NCBI GenBank assembly: GCA_051294375.1
Contig: CM119269.1
Location: forward strand, 4,980,686 to 5,044,685
DNA length: 64,000 nt
Reading direction: 5' to 3'
Source: Paraspadella gotoi
Taxonomy: Eukaryota > Animalia > Chaetognatha
Shown in pieces: positions 1-12,063 of this stretch (position 1 is its first letter; each line of letters begins with the position of its first letter). The position numbers and the translations under genes were made by a program. Below the pieces are notes generated by a model. The model did not search any database. It saw nothing but the letters and a program-made list of their open reading frames with translations, and had not been told where the DNA came from.

Positions 1-170
1 TTGAAAAGTTCAAATTTTAAATTAATTATGAAATGTGGAACAAATACATATGAGTATTATGACAATGAGAAAGAGGAGTGATTTGAATTTTTGATTAAAA
101 ATTAATTATGCCCAAAGTGCGGAACAAACACTTCTCTCGGAAAATCGGAGAGAGAGAGAGACTGACTTAC

Positions 171-633
171 TTTCCACTCCGTCTTTATCCTCGACAATCT
201 TCACGTCTTCGGGTCTTCCGTTCACGTCCACGTCCTCGATCTCCAGGCTGCGCTGCTGCGTCGCCGCGTTGAAGCATCTCTCGCAGCGGCAGTGGTCGCG
301 AAGCCAGACGAAATGCAGCCGCAGCGGGTCTTCGAATCGCTGCTCGAGGGTGTCGACGCCGGCGTCGGACGCGCCTCGAAATCTCAGCTCCAAGTGATCC
401 TCGAAAAGTTGGACCGTGGACGCCGTCGTCGAAAGCGGCGACGTTTTTGGCGCCGCGGATAGAGAGCGAGACGATGGAAAGAAGATGGGGCGAGTCCGAG
501 ATCTATCGAAGTGGACGGTACGCCGATGAACTTCGCTCGTTGGCCTAATTATCTGTAAACTGGACGACAATCTCGTCCGGCGAGATGAGCGGAAACTCGG
601 CCACAGAGTCGAAAATGATCGAATCGGCAACAT
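171..633 (-). CDS. TMLHE: Trimethyllysine dioxygenase-like (TMLHE/BBOX family), first coding exon; gene continues off the left edge
   Basis: Arg/Ser-rich N-terminus resembling a mitochondrial presequence (MLPIRSFSTLWPSFRSSRR), then the GBBH-like N-terminal motif WLRDHCRCERCFNAATQQRSL. WLRDHCR is TMLHE-type. GTAAGT donor at 170-165 on the minus strand. Confidence 0.8.
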
Positions 634-852
634 GTTTGGTTGGTCTTATCACAGATTAACTAGTTAAAGACATCAATTACAAAACAAGAATCATTTTTAA
701 AAAGAAATGAAGAAATGATGGAAGACTCGTTTTTAATTGGAACAATAAAACTTGTCTTTAACGAAAACTCAACGAAAAGAAAGTTTTAACACAATGTCAA
801 GAAATCGTTTTAAACTGTTTTAAATACGTTCAAATCCAAGATTATACAAAAA

Positions 853-883
<31 letters not shown>

Positions 884-1119
884 CTCCCGGTGAGATTTAG
901 ATTTTCAAATTTAAATAGTCCACGACAGTTTCAAAAAGTAATAGAAAGTTCACCGATTTTTCAACACGAGGCCAAGTTTAGACTAACCTCTCTCGGTCTC
1001 TCTCTGCTTATCGCTGATCGTTCAAAAAACTGATCGAGTTAAACGAGTTAATTGAATCGAATCTGAGTTTGGTTTTACCGAGTAAGAAATTTGCACATTG
1101 GCAATTATTTATTAGAATT

Positions 1120-2052
1120 AAACTCTAATTACTCGTGATTGGATGAATGGATTGGAAGGAAATTTTGTGTGAGAGTAGGAAAGTAAGTGATTGAGCTAGA
1201 TATAAAGTTTCGATGGAATTTGTACGAGTGGAAATGAGTTTAAATGGAAAAAACAAAAGTCATATTTACTTGAAGTATTTTTACTTATATTTAGTCATAA
1301 TTATTATAAATTATATTTATTAAAAATAGGAAAGATAAATTGAAATCTAATTTAGTGTGTCGGTAGGTAGATTTTAAATTAGAAAATCAAAAGATGCATT
1401 TTTTTTATTTTTAAAAGTTTGTTTGTCTCTATTTCTCTCTGATTGATTTATTGATTTATTAATTGTTAATTTGCTTAAATTTTTGATTGAAAAATTTTTT
1501 AATTGATTTAATGAGAACTTATGATTTATAAATTTATGATCTAGTTATGATTCTTTATGTTTCTCTCTCTCTATTTATTTATAAATTTTCTTGTCACATT
1601 CAACCAACATCATTGTATCATTGATTAATGATCGATTATCATCACGTCAATGATCGATTAATATCGTATCTACTATTACAGCATCAATAAATCGTTATCA
1701 TTGCATCGATAAATCCTTCGGTAGCATCGCTTTATTAATTGGGAATCAACAATCGGGAAGTGATGATCGGGAAGTGAAGATTGGGAAGTGATGATCGGGA
1801 AGTGAAGATTGGGAAGTGATGATCGGGAAGTGATGATCGGGAAGTGATGATCGGGAAGTGATGATCGGGAAGTGACCATCGGGAAAAAAGACCTTGAATT
1901 GACATTTTTTTCATAAATTTATTTTAAAAATAATTTTAAAAATGATTTTCCGATTCCATCTGCAATTAAAAGACTCATGACTTATCATCTGGTTAGCTGC
2001 TTACCGCTAAATTATCGTAGGCAGATCCCACATTGTTTGCCCACACTTGTTT
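1120..2052 (+). mobile_element. Non-autonomous interspersed element, family B (DINE-1/HINE-like), degenerate copy with an inserted minisatellite
   Basis: 1120-1270 (aattactcgtgatt...gaaattttgtgtg...gtaggaaagt...aaatgagtt...aaaaaacaaaa) and 1985-2052 (gcttaccgctaa...ggcagatcc..cattgtttgc..a.acttgtt) align with 7120-7250 and 7370-7433. Confidence 0.55.
1752..1884 (+). repeat. 14-bp minisatellite (gatcgggaagtgat) about x9
   Basis: Directly visible tandem units with gatt/gatc variants. Confidence 0.9.
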
Positions 2053-2338
2053 TAGTCTGGGTGTCTGGATATCTAAAGTAAGATGTCATAAATTTGAAAA
2101 GTTAACCTATTGTATTTAATGATATTTCTCCTACGTGTACGTACAATAAGCAAAACGACGCCGCTATAAAAACACGAGTTCAAAAATATACTTTGAATAT
2201 ATTTCATATCAACAGAAAAAAAAAATCTTCATAAACAATAACGTGAAAAAAAAAGGAATGCCTCTCTATCAAAAAAAAAAAAAAAAAAACAATTAAAAAA
2301 AAGTAATAAACCCAAGTAGGATATACTGATTATATGAC

Positions 2339-2440
2339 GTCGGTAGCGTTCCTTGCCCGACAACCGACGCTCGTCACGGGCATTTGACCTCGAAACGATC
2401 GAACAGACTGAGCAAAGAACGCTGCCCGACCCGTGACAAG
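2339..2440 (-). other. Structured element in the GAMT 3' UTR (interleaved helices)
   Basis: mRNA sense: CUUGUCACGGG (2440-2430) pairs with CCCGUGACGAG (2380-2370). GUCGGGCAGCGUUCUUUGCUC (2430-2410) pairs with GGGCAAGGAACGCUACCGAC (2358-2339). Several DNA-level mismatches are G-U pairs on this strand. Confidence 0.5.
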
Positions 2441-2476
2441 TGTACTGACCGCCCCCTCGCCCCACTTAACACAGTT

Positions 2477-4844
2477 TTAAGCATGACCCTTCCACTCTTT
2501 GACAATCTTCGGCGTAATCATCTTGCGATGCTCGTAGTAGCGACACCCCGCCTCCGGAGAGATGTCCATCAACTCGGTGGAGATGTTCTCCTCCTTGAAG
2601 CCCGCCTCCAGGAGGCGTGGCAGCTGCGTCTCCTCGAACATGTCGTCGAGGGTTTTGCCCTAAATGAAGGGTTTTTTTATAAAGGATGTCGTTGATTGGT
2701 AGTTAGACAAAATTGGTGGATAGATATTAGGTAGATAGACAGATAGTTCTCATACAATTGAAACATTTTTTGAAATATTATATACCACTTCATTGATTGG
2801 GAAGCCAGGTACTCTGGGAGTGAATAAACGAGACTGTGAGAGAGTCTTGATTGAAAGCTTGCAGGGACCTGCTATGTCATTATCTTGTAAGAGTGATGGA
2901 GGCCTTGAACCACCAAAGCCTTTCCAAAGTCAAGGGCAAGATAGCTTATTTATTAAATAAATGGATAATTTTTATATTGGTTGTATCAATTTCATAGATA
3001 ATGCGGCTGTGATGTTTCGGGATATGTAATTTTTTTAAACCTTTCGGCTTTAAATCATTATTACAAAAGCAAAAAATCGATGCAAAGTATCTGGGTATAA
3101 AAATTGATGGAATTTGAACTCTTTTTAATTTGAATTTTGAAACTGTTTTGAGAGCTTAGAGTGCAATCTTTAATGCCAAAATCCTCAGGAAAATTATAAA
3201 CAATTAATTCTTAAAACTTACTAAAACATACGTGTTTATCGAAATTAGACTTGATCAACAAATTATATATAATAATATTATTATTATTATTATTAATTAT
3301 TATTATTATTATTATTATAATTATTACATAGAATGCATATATTAGCTGTACAAAAATATTTAACCCGGGAGAGATGGCGCTTTATTCTAGACAAAATGCG
3401 CAGAGAATATTTTTACATTGTTCGGAATTTCCGAAAGAAAGAAAAAACGAAGGCGCTCACTTTGTACTCCCTCTTCATATACTCTCCCCACGAGGTAAGG
3501 TTGCAGTAGGTCAAGATCCCGCCCGGCTTGAGGAGCCGCTTGGCGTGATTGACGATGAAGGCGAATTGGTGAGTGTGCCACTCCCTCTCGGTCAGAGGGT
3601 AAGTGTCGTAGAGGATCCCGTCGAAGGAGTTGTCGGCAAACGAGGGGACGACGTCCTCCCACAATCCCTTCTTTGGAGTCACCTGGTAAAGACGACATTG
3701 GATTGTTTATTATTTAAAACAGAAAAGAAAGAAAAAAAGAAATAAAGAAAAAGACAAGGAAAATGAAAGAAATCAAAGAAGAAAGAAATGATTTTTTTGA
3801 TAAATATCAATATTTAATAATAGAAGATATAATGACAACCCCATGTCAGGGACGCGTTTATTCCAACACCATGGCGCTTTAGCCAGCGTGACCGTGAAGG
3901 AATAGAACCCGGAAGTCACGGTTGGTGAACGAGTTCTTAGCTGCCCAAGCCAATGGGACGAGCTGAGTTTCACCAATCTATACGGGAGGCAAATTTAGGA
4001 TTCGCCACAAGAGACAAAAAATTTAAAAAAAAAGATAGAGCGAATGAGGCTCAAAGTGGGCTTAAGTTAAATAATTAATGCAATCAATCAACCTTATGCG
4101 GTTGACGCTTGGCCCAAGCCTCGAGCCTCCCAAAGACTTCCTCGTTACATTCCACGATAACGTGCTCCTCGATGTCTCCCCTTTGAATCTCCGTGGCCGA
4201 GATGGCCAGACCGAAGCCCAACTCCAGCACGCGGCCGCCGCGGGAGCGTGCCACGCGGGCAAGGCTGTGTGGGTGGTGTGTGGGGTGTGGTGTGTGGGGT
4301 GGGTGGGAATGGGGGACGATTATTCAGTACAAAAAGAAAACGATGGAACTAAACAAAAAATTATTTATTTATTTATTTATCAGTAATATTGCATATAGTA
4401 GCAATGACATTTATGACAACGATGTACAAATGAAGAATATTTTTTTATCTAAAATAGAGAGACGAAATCAAATTGACAACAACAATACCATTAAACAGCA
4501 ATAGCAAATAAACCTGTGCATGTACGGCGCCTCCCATCGCTCCATCACCGGCTTTCCCTGAAAAAATTTAATAGAGTCATACCGTAGTTAATTAAAAACT
4601 TTTTCGATCTCTGAATTAAATCTACCGAAGCATTAACGCCCCACCGCGGGATGGGATAGAAAGGAGAGTTTTGTTTTTCTTCCGACAATCGAGCCTCACC
4701 CGCCGTTCAACCTCTCAACACTTTCGTTAAACTCGCCTCGATGTTGAGATGGTCATTAGCTTCGTCGAAATCGGCAGAGATTGACCTCCATTTCTTCTTC
4801 AAGTCTTCGCCTTCTTGGAAAATCGTATCGTCGGTCTTGGTCAT
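2477..4844 (-). CDS. GAMT: Guanidinoacetate N-methyltransferase (creatine synthesis), complete, 5 exons, about 242 aa
   Basis: Exons 4844-4737 ([36 protein letters not shown]), 4557-4514 ([14 protein letters not shown]), 4264-4093 ([25 protein letters not shown]...[13 protein letters not shown]...QPHK), 3682-3461 ([12 protein letters not shown]...[11 protein letters not shown]...HTHQFAFI...[17 protein letters not shown]) and 2659-2477 ([21 protein letters not shown]...CRYY...[14 protein letters not shown]). All intron phases are compatible and the motifs are diagnostic of GAMT. Confidence 0.96.
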
Positions 4845-6697
4845 CGCGCAGGCCTTGTCGTTGTTGTTGTCGTTAAGGGAGATGGAGAGCGGTCGTCTCG
4901 GAAACTGTAGAGCGCTGAAAACGAGAATTTCGAGGTGAAGGGAAATTTAATAGTTAAAAAAAAGTCATAAAAAAAAAATTGTCGACATTAAAAGAAGACA
5001 TTGAAAATTAAGGCAGAAAGATGGAAGCCGGTACGCCGAATACAACTGTAAAATCAAATTCACTTTATTTATGTGAGAGAGCTAAAATAATAATGTAGTT
5101 TTGTTCAAAAAGTTCAGTAATTTTTTTTTTAAATAACGCAGTTTTTTTTTAGTGGGGGGGGGTATTTTTGTTCCTTTCTTTATTCTAGAAAATAACGGCT
5201 TTTGGTTGTTGATTGTCTTTCTGGTCGCAATCGAGGGAAACAATATCGCGAATACATTTTTGCGAATAGAAACTTTCTTACAGATCTCCGTTTTGCGCTG
5301 TGCAAGAGACGCAAAAACGTATATAGTTGTTTTTTTTTTACCAAAAGACCTAATCGTGTAAAAGTAGAATTGTATTTAACTGCACGTAATTCTTGACTTG
5401 GGGAATTTTAGACCGAAATAAGGAACAAGAATTTGTGAAGAGGTTCGTCTTATTCGCTGAGAATCAAAAATCGAAAATGACTCGATCTCCTCCAACCTTC
5501 AAAAGAGGAAGAAAAAGAGGGAAGAGGAAGAGGCAAGGATGTGTCGCAAGCTGTAATAATACAATGTTTATTTTAGCTTGAATTTGATCTTATTTTCTCA
5601 GTGTTTTTAGGGAGTCTTTAGGGAATTTTTTTTTTCTCTCGCGAAAGCAAATAAATATTTCCAGATTAAAATTAAGAACTGATTTTTTTTTGTCGGGTAC
5701 TAAAATGTCCAGAAGTCAGGAAGATAAGATCCAACGAGTAAAAGATAAATTATTTTTACGAGATGAAATTTCGTTTTGCGGTCACAGTGATAAGTAAGAC
5801 CTAGTGAGTGGATAATGACTGACTTGGTGAAAATATTAACATATTATATCTTTTTATGGATATTTAACTATGAAAAATTGCAAGATTACTTGATTTACTA
5901 CATTAGACGAAATTAGATAAAAATTTTAAAATGAATTTAAAATTTTAGTATATTTCACCTAAGTATTCAATTTAATTATCATTTATTTCATATTTAATAA
6001 TGTTATGGGAAGAGGTATGCTAGTGTTGTCTTCTGGAAGTATAGGGACCATCTATACAACAAAAAGTAAAAAATTACTTTCTGCCCTAGTTCTCAAATAA
6101 CATAGCGCCACTCCACTTTCACAATATTAGTCAACATTTCAACGTTTAGACCCTATATAAGGGTTATTATAATATATACATTATACAATATATATATAAT
6201 TTGAAGAATTGGTATCAAAAGTGATCAAAATTTTGAAAAAAAAGGAGTTTCATTATAATACGGTCACATTGAACTATATATATATATTATTTTTTCTTTC
6301 ATCTTTTAATTCTTTGATTCTTTCTTATAATTTGATAAAGTTTCTAAAGCGGCGTTTTTTCCCCTGAGCTTACACATTAGAGAATATAGATTCGGGATTT
6401 GATTTTTTTACTTATATATTTACTTTAGAAAATTAAAATCACTAGCCGATTTTAACTAAAATCTTTACTCTTCAAAAACTAAAAAAAAAAATTGAGTGAA
6501 GCAGAGAAAAAAATGCTATCATCCTTTAGAAATTGAATATATTATGGAAAGGTTCCCGACTGTCGAGTTGAGTTAATACTTAATTGAGATTAAGGGGTTC
6601 GTTACTGAAAGAAAGTTCAAAAGTTTGAAGACGGAATCTGCTGTCGACCTTTGAGTCGATAAGATACCTTTCTGTAAGTATTAGTACCTTAGGTTAG

Positions 6698-6752
<55 letters not shown>

Positions 6753-7082
6753 ATGACCGATTGTATTTTTATATTTTTAAAATTCTAAACGCACGAAACT
6801 TAATAGTTTAGAATTAAAATTTAAACCCTCAAAATTTATTTCAGAATTTATTTAAAGAATTTAAAAAATTAAATTGAAAGCATGTACTTAGAACATTAAG
6901 TTTTAAAAGATATAAGTACTCAAGTCTAAATTCGTCCTTAATTTTTATCCGGAACTTCTTACAGCAGATTCCTGCTCTATAATTAATTTTGTCGGTTCGT
7001 CGGTCCGCTCCCCAAATCTTGTCGGTCAGTCACTTAAATCATGTCAGAACATCGAATTATGATAAATTATGCAAAAAAATTG

Positions 7083-7433
7083 ATGTCCGTCCGTCCGTCC
7101 GTCCCCCTTAGCTTTAAAGGCCAATTACTCATGATTACGTGGGGGGATTGACTTGAAATTTTGTATGTGGGTAGGAAAGTGTGTGATCGAGCAAAGAATC
7201 AAGTTTAAAGAAATGAGTTAAAATGAAAAAAACAAAACATCTATTTCACTATTTATGTTTTTTTTCTTTTTATATTAAATGTAAATTCAAGCTGCATTAA
7301 TTAATTATTAATAAATAAGTAATTACTTAAATATTAATTTTTTTTATTTATTAATTAATTAATTAATTATCTGATCAGTTGCTTAGCGCTAATGATCGTG
7401 GGCAGATCCGGCATTGTTTGCTCAAACTTGTTG
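7083..7433 (+). mobile_element. Non-autonomous interspersed element, family B (DINE-1/HINE-like)
   Basis: (gtcc)n microsatellite followed by a core (ttgaaattttgtatgtgggtaggaaag) and a 3' block shared with 1120-2052. This architecture is typical of Helentron-associated elements (inference). Confidence 0.55.
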
Positions 7434-7596
7434 AAAGACAAATGTAATAATACTCAAAGCAAACAGGACGAACTTTGATCGAGATAAAACTCGTTTTATA
7501 ATAAGAAAGGATTGAAAAAAATGTTGTCTATATCTTTTTTTTGTCCGAGACTTTGATCTAGAACCCTTATTAAATAAAGCAATCCAAAAGATAGTG

Positions 7597-7635
<39 letters not shown>

Positions 7636-8006
7636 ATCTCTATTTATCTGTCTATTGTCTCTCTCTCTATTTCATTGAGAGAAGTTTTTGATTGTCTTTA
7701 GGATAAATAGAATGCTGCGGCATCGGCTGCACCAAAAATTGATTTTCTGTCACCAAGTTTTGATTTCGTTCTTTTTTTTTCTTTTTCCTTTAGGCATTAT
7801 CAATATCTTCTAAATTGAGGCTACCTTATACACTACAATCAGTTTTTTTTTAATTCTATGTATGTATAGCAACTTTTTTAGTGTAAAATTACCTTTTGGC
7901 TATCACCTTCCTTTCCTCTTTCTTCCCCATGCACCCTGCTTACACAGCGTACACCCTGCTTACACAGCGTACCCTAACAGTCTTGCCATGTCTCTCCTCA
8001 GTCTTC

Positions 8007-8159
8007 CTATACCGAGCACCCAGACATTCTCGCCCGGCTTCTCCAGTCGTCCCGCGGCAAGTAACACCCGCTGACGATCCTCTTTCCGTCGAAGGATCGA
8101 CGTCCGTGGAGGACCCTCCAGTTGTCGACAAAAAGAATCCATCCCGGCTTTAGGGGAAC
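8007..8159 (-). CDS. TMLHE: Trimethyllysine dioxygenase-like, terminal exon (TauD-type 2OG dioxygenase C-terminus)
   Basis: VPLKPGWILFVDNWRVLHGRRSFDGKRIVSGCYLPRDDWRSRARMSGCSV* matches the TMLHE C-terminal motif LKPG..LF.DNWRVLHGR..F.G.R...GCYL.RDD. CAG acceptor at 8162-8160. Confidence 0.88.
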   Translation of the reverse strand, partial: VPLKPGWILFVDNWRVLHGRRSFDGKRIVSGCYLPRDDWRSRARMSGCSV

Positions 8160-8513
8160 CTGATGAAGAGATGTCAAAAACTCGTATTTTAGGCTTGAGG
8201 GGTATTGAAGGCGTGGGGAAATAGAGGGAAAATTATTTCGCGGAGAGTCGAACCGAGAGAAAGTATCGCTGGACAAAACCTACGGATTGGCAGGAGGAGG
8301 ATGAAAAAAGAGGAAGAGCAAGGCCCTTGCCAAGGGGAGAATGAGACGGCAAGCTAAATCCTCCTCTGACAGAATTTGTTAAAACTAAAATGGGATTAAA
8401 CTTTATATTGCGCAATAATTTAACCCTTTAATCTCCAAATACAATATATCTATCACGAGTTTATGGCAATTTGTTATTTGTTTAAGCTCTTTTACGATTT
8501 TGAAATCACGCAC

Positions 8514-8557
8514 CTCTAGAACCATTTCGGGATCTTTAATGACAATCTCATCTTCAT
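8514..8557 (-). CDS. TMLHE: Probable penultimate TMLHE-like exon
   Basis: Pyrimidine tract + TAG acceptor, GTGCGT donor. Reads (x)EDEIVIKDPEMVLE in phase with VPLKPG, as expected just before the LKPG motif. Confidence 0.55.
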
Positions 8558-9116
8558 CTAGGTAGAAAAAGGTAGATTTTTTACGCGAAAGTCAAACCGG
8601 CACTTGATTAACTTTGTCAAATATAAAGTTTTAGAATTTTAGGCAACTGATTGATGAACCGTGTGCACAAAGAAGCTACAGTGATGACCCTCGCTAGTTA
8701 CTATTCAGTCCCTTCAAATGCTGAGGTCACAATAAAAAAATAAAAAACACATAAGTGACTATTTTATTTATAACCTCGAGAGATGAAAAGGATATCTAAC
8801 AAGGGATCGTCGGTTTTTGAGACGTTACATTTCGAATAGAATCTAAATTCAAATCAAAATGGCAATTAATTTTTAATCAATATTTTCATTTTTTTAATTT
8901 TGCGATTCTTACTTTAGGGCTGTTGATTGCATCAAACTCCACCCGTTAAGTTGCTGCCACAACAGCCTGGCTTCACCAACGGCGGCTTCGCGCCTTTCCC
9001 GCAGCAGCCATTCGGTCCCGCGAGCGTGTTTGGCGGCGGCCAAGGAGGCGGCGGCTTTGGAAGAAGACGGCGAAGGCCGGGGGTCACGAGCAAGGGCGAT
9101 GGGTCGAATAGCGGAA

Positions 9117-10105
9117 GTCAAAGTCAGGAAAAAACGAATCGTGAAGATTACGAGCGAAAGTGATACTTTTCCTATCTATCTTTCTCTCTCTTTTTCTCTG
9201 TCTCTTATTCCACTTTTCTCTCTTTAGCTTGAATAATGTCTATGTTACTTGAAGCATGTGTAAAATTAAAATTAATGTTTATTTTTACACATTTTTGGGT
9301 ATGCTTGTCAACATTGGCAGGAACAGCTGAATTAATAAATCACCACAAGGCAAATAATTATTAAAAAAAAATTCTTAATTTTTATTTAAAGCTTTCTCAG
9401 GAAAACTAATTTACAAAATTAATAACGAGTTTTATTAAAAAAATATACACTCATAGATTCTAAAAAACTTTTTTGTTATTTGTTTTAAAAGTCCAATTTC
9501 TTTAAAGTCATGAAGTGAAAAAAATTTAGTATAAAAAACAGAAAATTAAAAAAAAGATTTTTTTTATCATTTGGAGAAACACCCAAGTTTATGCTCTGCA
9601 AAATTTTAAAACAAGACTTTTTATAAATTGAATTATTCCACCATTTCAATTACGTTCTGTCGCAGCTATTTTTTTGNNNNNNNNNNCAAAGTCAGGAAAA
9701 AATGAATCGTGAAGATTACGAGCGAAAGTGATACTCTTCCTATCTCTCTCTCTTTTTCTCCGTCTGTCTCTTCTTCCACTTTTCTCTCTCTAGCTTGAAT
9801 AATGTCTATGTTACTGGAAGCATTGTAAAATTAAAATTAATGTGTTAATTTTTACACATTTTTTGGTATGCTTGTCAACATTGGCAGGAACAGCTGAATT
9901 AATAAATCACCACAAGGCAAATAATTATTAAAAAAAATTCTTAATTTTTTTAAACACTGTCTTAATTTTTTTTTTAAAGCTTTCTCAGGAAAACTAATGT
10001 ACAAAATTAATAACGAGTTTATTGCTAGAAAAATATATTATTATTTTTATAACTTGAATTATGCCACCATTTCAATTACGTTCGGACGCAGCTATTTTTT
10101 TGGCT
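9117..10105 (+). repeat. Tandem duplication across an N gap (9117-9676 vs 9687-10105), likely two haplotypes
   Basis: The same sequence (caaagtcaggaaaaaa.gaatcgtgaagattacgagcgaaagtgatact...ccatttcaattacgttc) occurs on both sides of the 10-N gap, with SNPs and one deletion. Confidence 0.85.
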
Positions 10106-10108
10106 AAG

Positions 10109-10153
<45 letters not shown>

Positions 10154-10789
10154 AGAGAGAGGAGAGAAGAGAGAGAGAGAGAGATACAAATAAGTAAAGG
10201 TAAAAATAAAGTAGTTAATAAGTCAGGATTGAAAAAACGAAATAAATGAATGAAAATGAATAACTAGACGACGGAGTCAATCAATGTAATAATAAATATA
10301 TAAATATATAAATAAATTGATTCGATGAATTTTATTATTAGTTCGCTTAATTGAATAAATTGAATGGACAATTAATGATGAATGAATGGAATGAATGAAG
10401 ATTGATGAATGAATGAATGAATGATGAATGATGAATAAATGCAATGAATGAATGAAAGCGAACGCAGGACGATAAATGAATAGGAACGAACGATTTAATG
10501 AACGAAATAAATGGAATAAATTAATGAACTAATAAATGAATGAACGAAGGAAAAAAAAACGAACTCGTTCATCTTGCTCCCCCCCCACGTTAAGGCCTCG
10601 CGACGACAACGACGTTCGCATGGCGAACGGTCGGCGTCCCCGTCGTGGACGCCTGTCACCGGACGCGACTATCGAACTGCGACGCTCCCACGGGCGGCCG
10701 TGCGAGGGGCGTGTCCGGCCGGGAAGTTACTGTCATCGTTGCGCCGCTAGGGGGATTCGCGCAAATGTCGTCGCGCAGGGTAAGGAGAG

Positions 10790-11300
10790 GGTAAGGAGGG
10801 AGGAAAGGGGGAGGAGGCGGAAGAAAAGGGGAGGAGGAAAAAGGGGGGAGGAGGGAGGAAAGGGGAGGTGGAAGAGGGAGGAAAGATGGAGGGACGAAAG
10901 GGGAGGAGGAGGAGGAAGAGGGAGGAAAGGTGGGGGGAAGGAGGAGGGAGGAAGAGCGGAAGAAAAGGGGAGGAGGAGGTGGAAAAGGCGAGGAAAAGGG
11001 GGAAGGAGGGAGGAGGAAGAAGGGAAGGAAAGGGGGGAGGAGGAGGTGGAAAAGCGAGGAAAGGGGAGGAGGAGGGAAGGAAGAGGGAGGAAGGGGAGGG
11101 AGGAGGAGGAAGAGGGGGAAGGGGAGGAGGAGGAAAAAAAGCGAGGAAAGAGGAAGAAAGGCAGAGGAGGAAGGGGAGGAAGATGGGAGGAAAGGGGAGG
11201 AGGAGGTAAAAGCGAGGAAGAGGAAAGGAAAGGGCAGAGGAGGAAGGGGGAGGAAAAGAGGGAGGAAAGGGGAGAAAAGGAGGAGGAGGCGGATGAGGAA
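10790..11300 (+). repeat. Near-pure polypurine (G/A) low-complexity tract, about 500 bp
   Basis: ggagga/aagggg/gaggaaag units with very few pyrimidines. It accounts for the spurious ORFs at 10536-11468. Confidence 0.9.
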
Positions 11301-11996
11301 ATTAAAATGGAGGAAAGACGATTTCGAAATTTTTATCATGTAATATTTCTTAGAAATAGATATTTTAACAAATCCGCTACCGCTGCCAACCACAGTTTGA
11401 AGGAAAAACCTGCAATGGATTTCTTATGGAACGACAAATTAGAGGCTGTGATTTCTTTTGAGAAATAATAATGGTGAACGGTGAGTACACCAGCGATGGT
11501 GTCCAGATCAATTCTAACTGGAAACTAAAGGAAGCTTGGTGCAATTTATATTACGAGAGATCAGAAGCAAGAGTCATTTTAACAGTTCGTTTCATTCTGC
11601 AGAGGGCTGATTGCTCGAGCCCGATTTTAGTCTAGACGCGCAATCACAAGTTCGGCGATCACATAATCTGCGGAGATTTTCCCGATAACTGTCCGATAGT
11701 CGTTTCTGGTTTTGGGTGAAGTTATTTTCCTGCGATGAAATAATGAATGCGTAAAAGAGGGAAATCGTCACCGAGGCACATAAATAATAAAGCATAAAGA
11801 TGAAAGTATGAACAAACGCCTAAAAAGCAATAAAGAGAAAAGAAATATGGTTTCGTGGGCGAAAATTATGCGTCCTAAACGGTCGAGGAGATTCCAAATC
11901 TGCGAAGTTCTGAATATCTGACGCCAAAACGGAGGTCAAAGGCTTCGTGGCGTAGGGCACAAATCATGCGAGAGACAAGAGGGAGGAGAGGAGAAT

Positions 11997-12063
<67 letters not shown>

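Noticed and set aside
2384-2415. Hammerhead ribozyme on the plus strand (GAAAC...CTGAG)
   Set aside because: It lacks the CUGANGA core and the required three-stem arrangement.
8653-8730. Possible C/D snoRNA or SECIS (TGATGA...CTGA with a short tgacc/ggtca stem)
   Set aside because: Spacing is short, no guide complementarity is recognisable, there is no proper SECIS core and apical AA loop, and no selenoprotein lies nearby.
8919-9163. Gly/Pro/Gln-rich plus-strand exon candidate
   Set aside because: The most protein-like frame has a stop right after the apparent acceptor, there is no domain match, and no partner exons could be linked.
10536-11468. Long ORFs of 245-310 aa on both strands
   Set aside because: They are translations of a polypurine tract that lacks stops in several frames.
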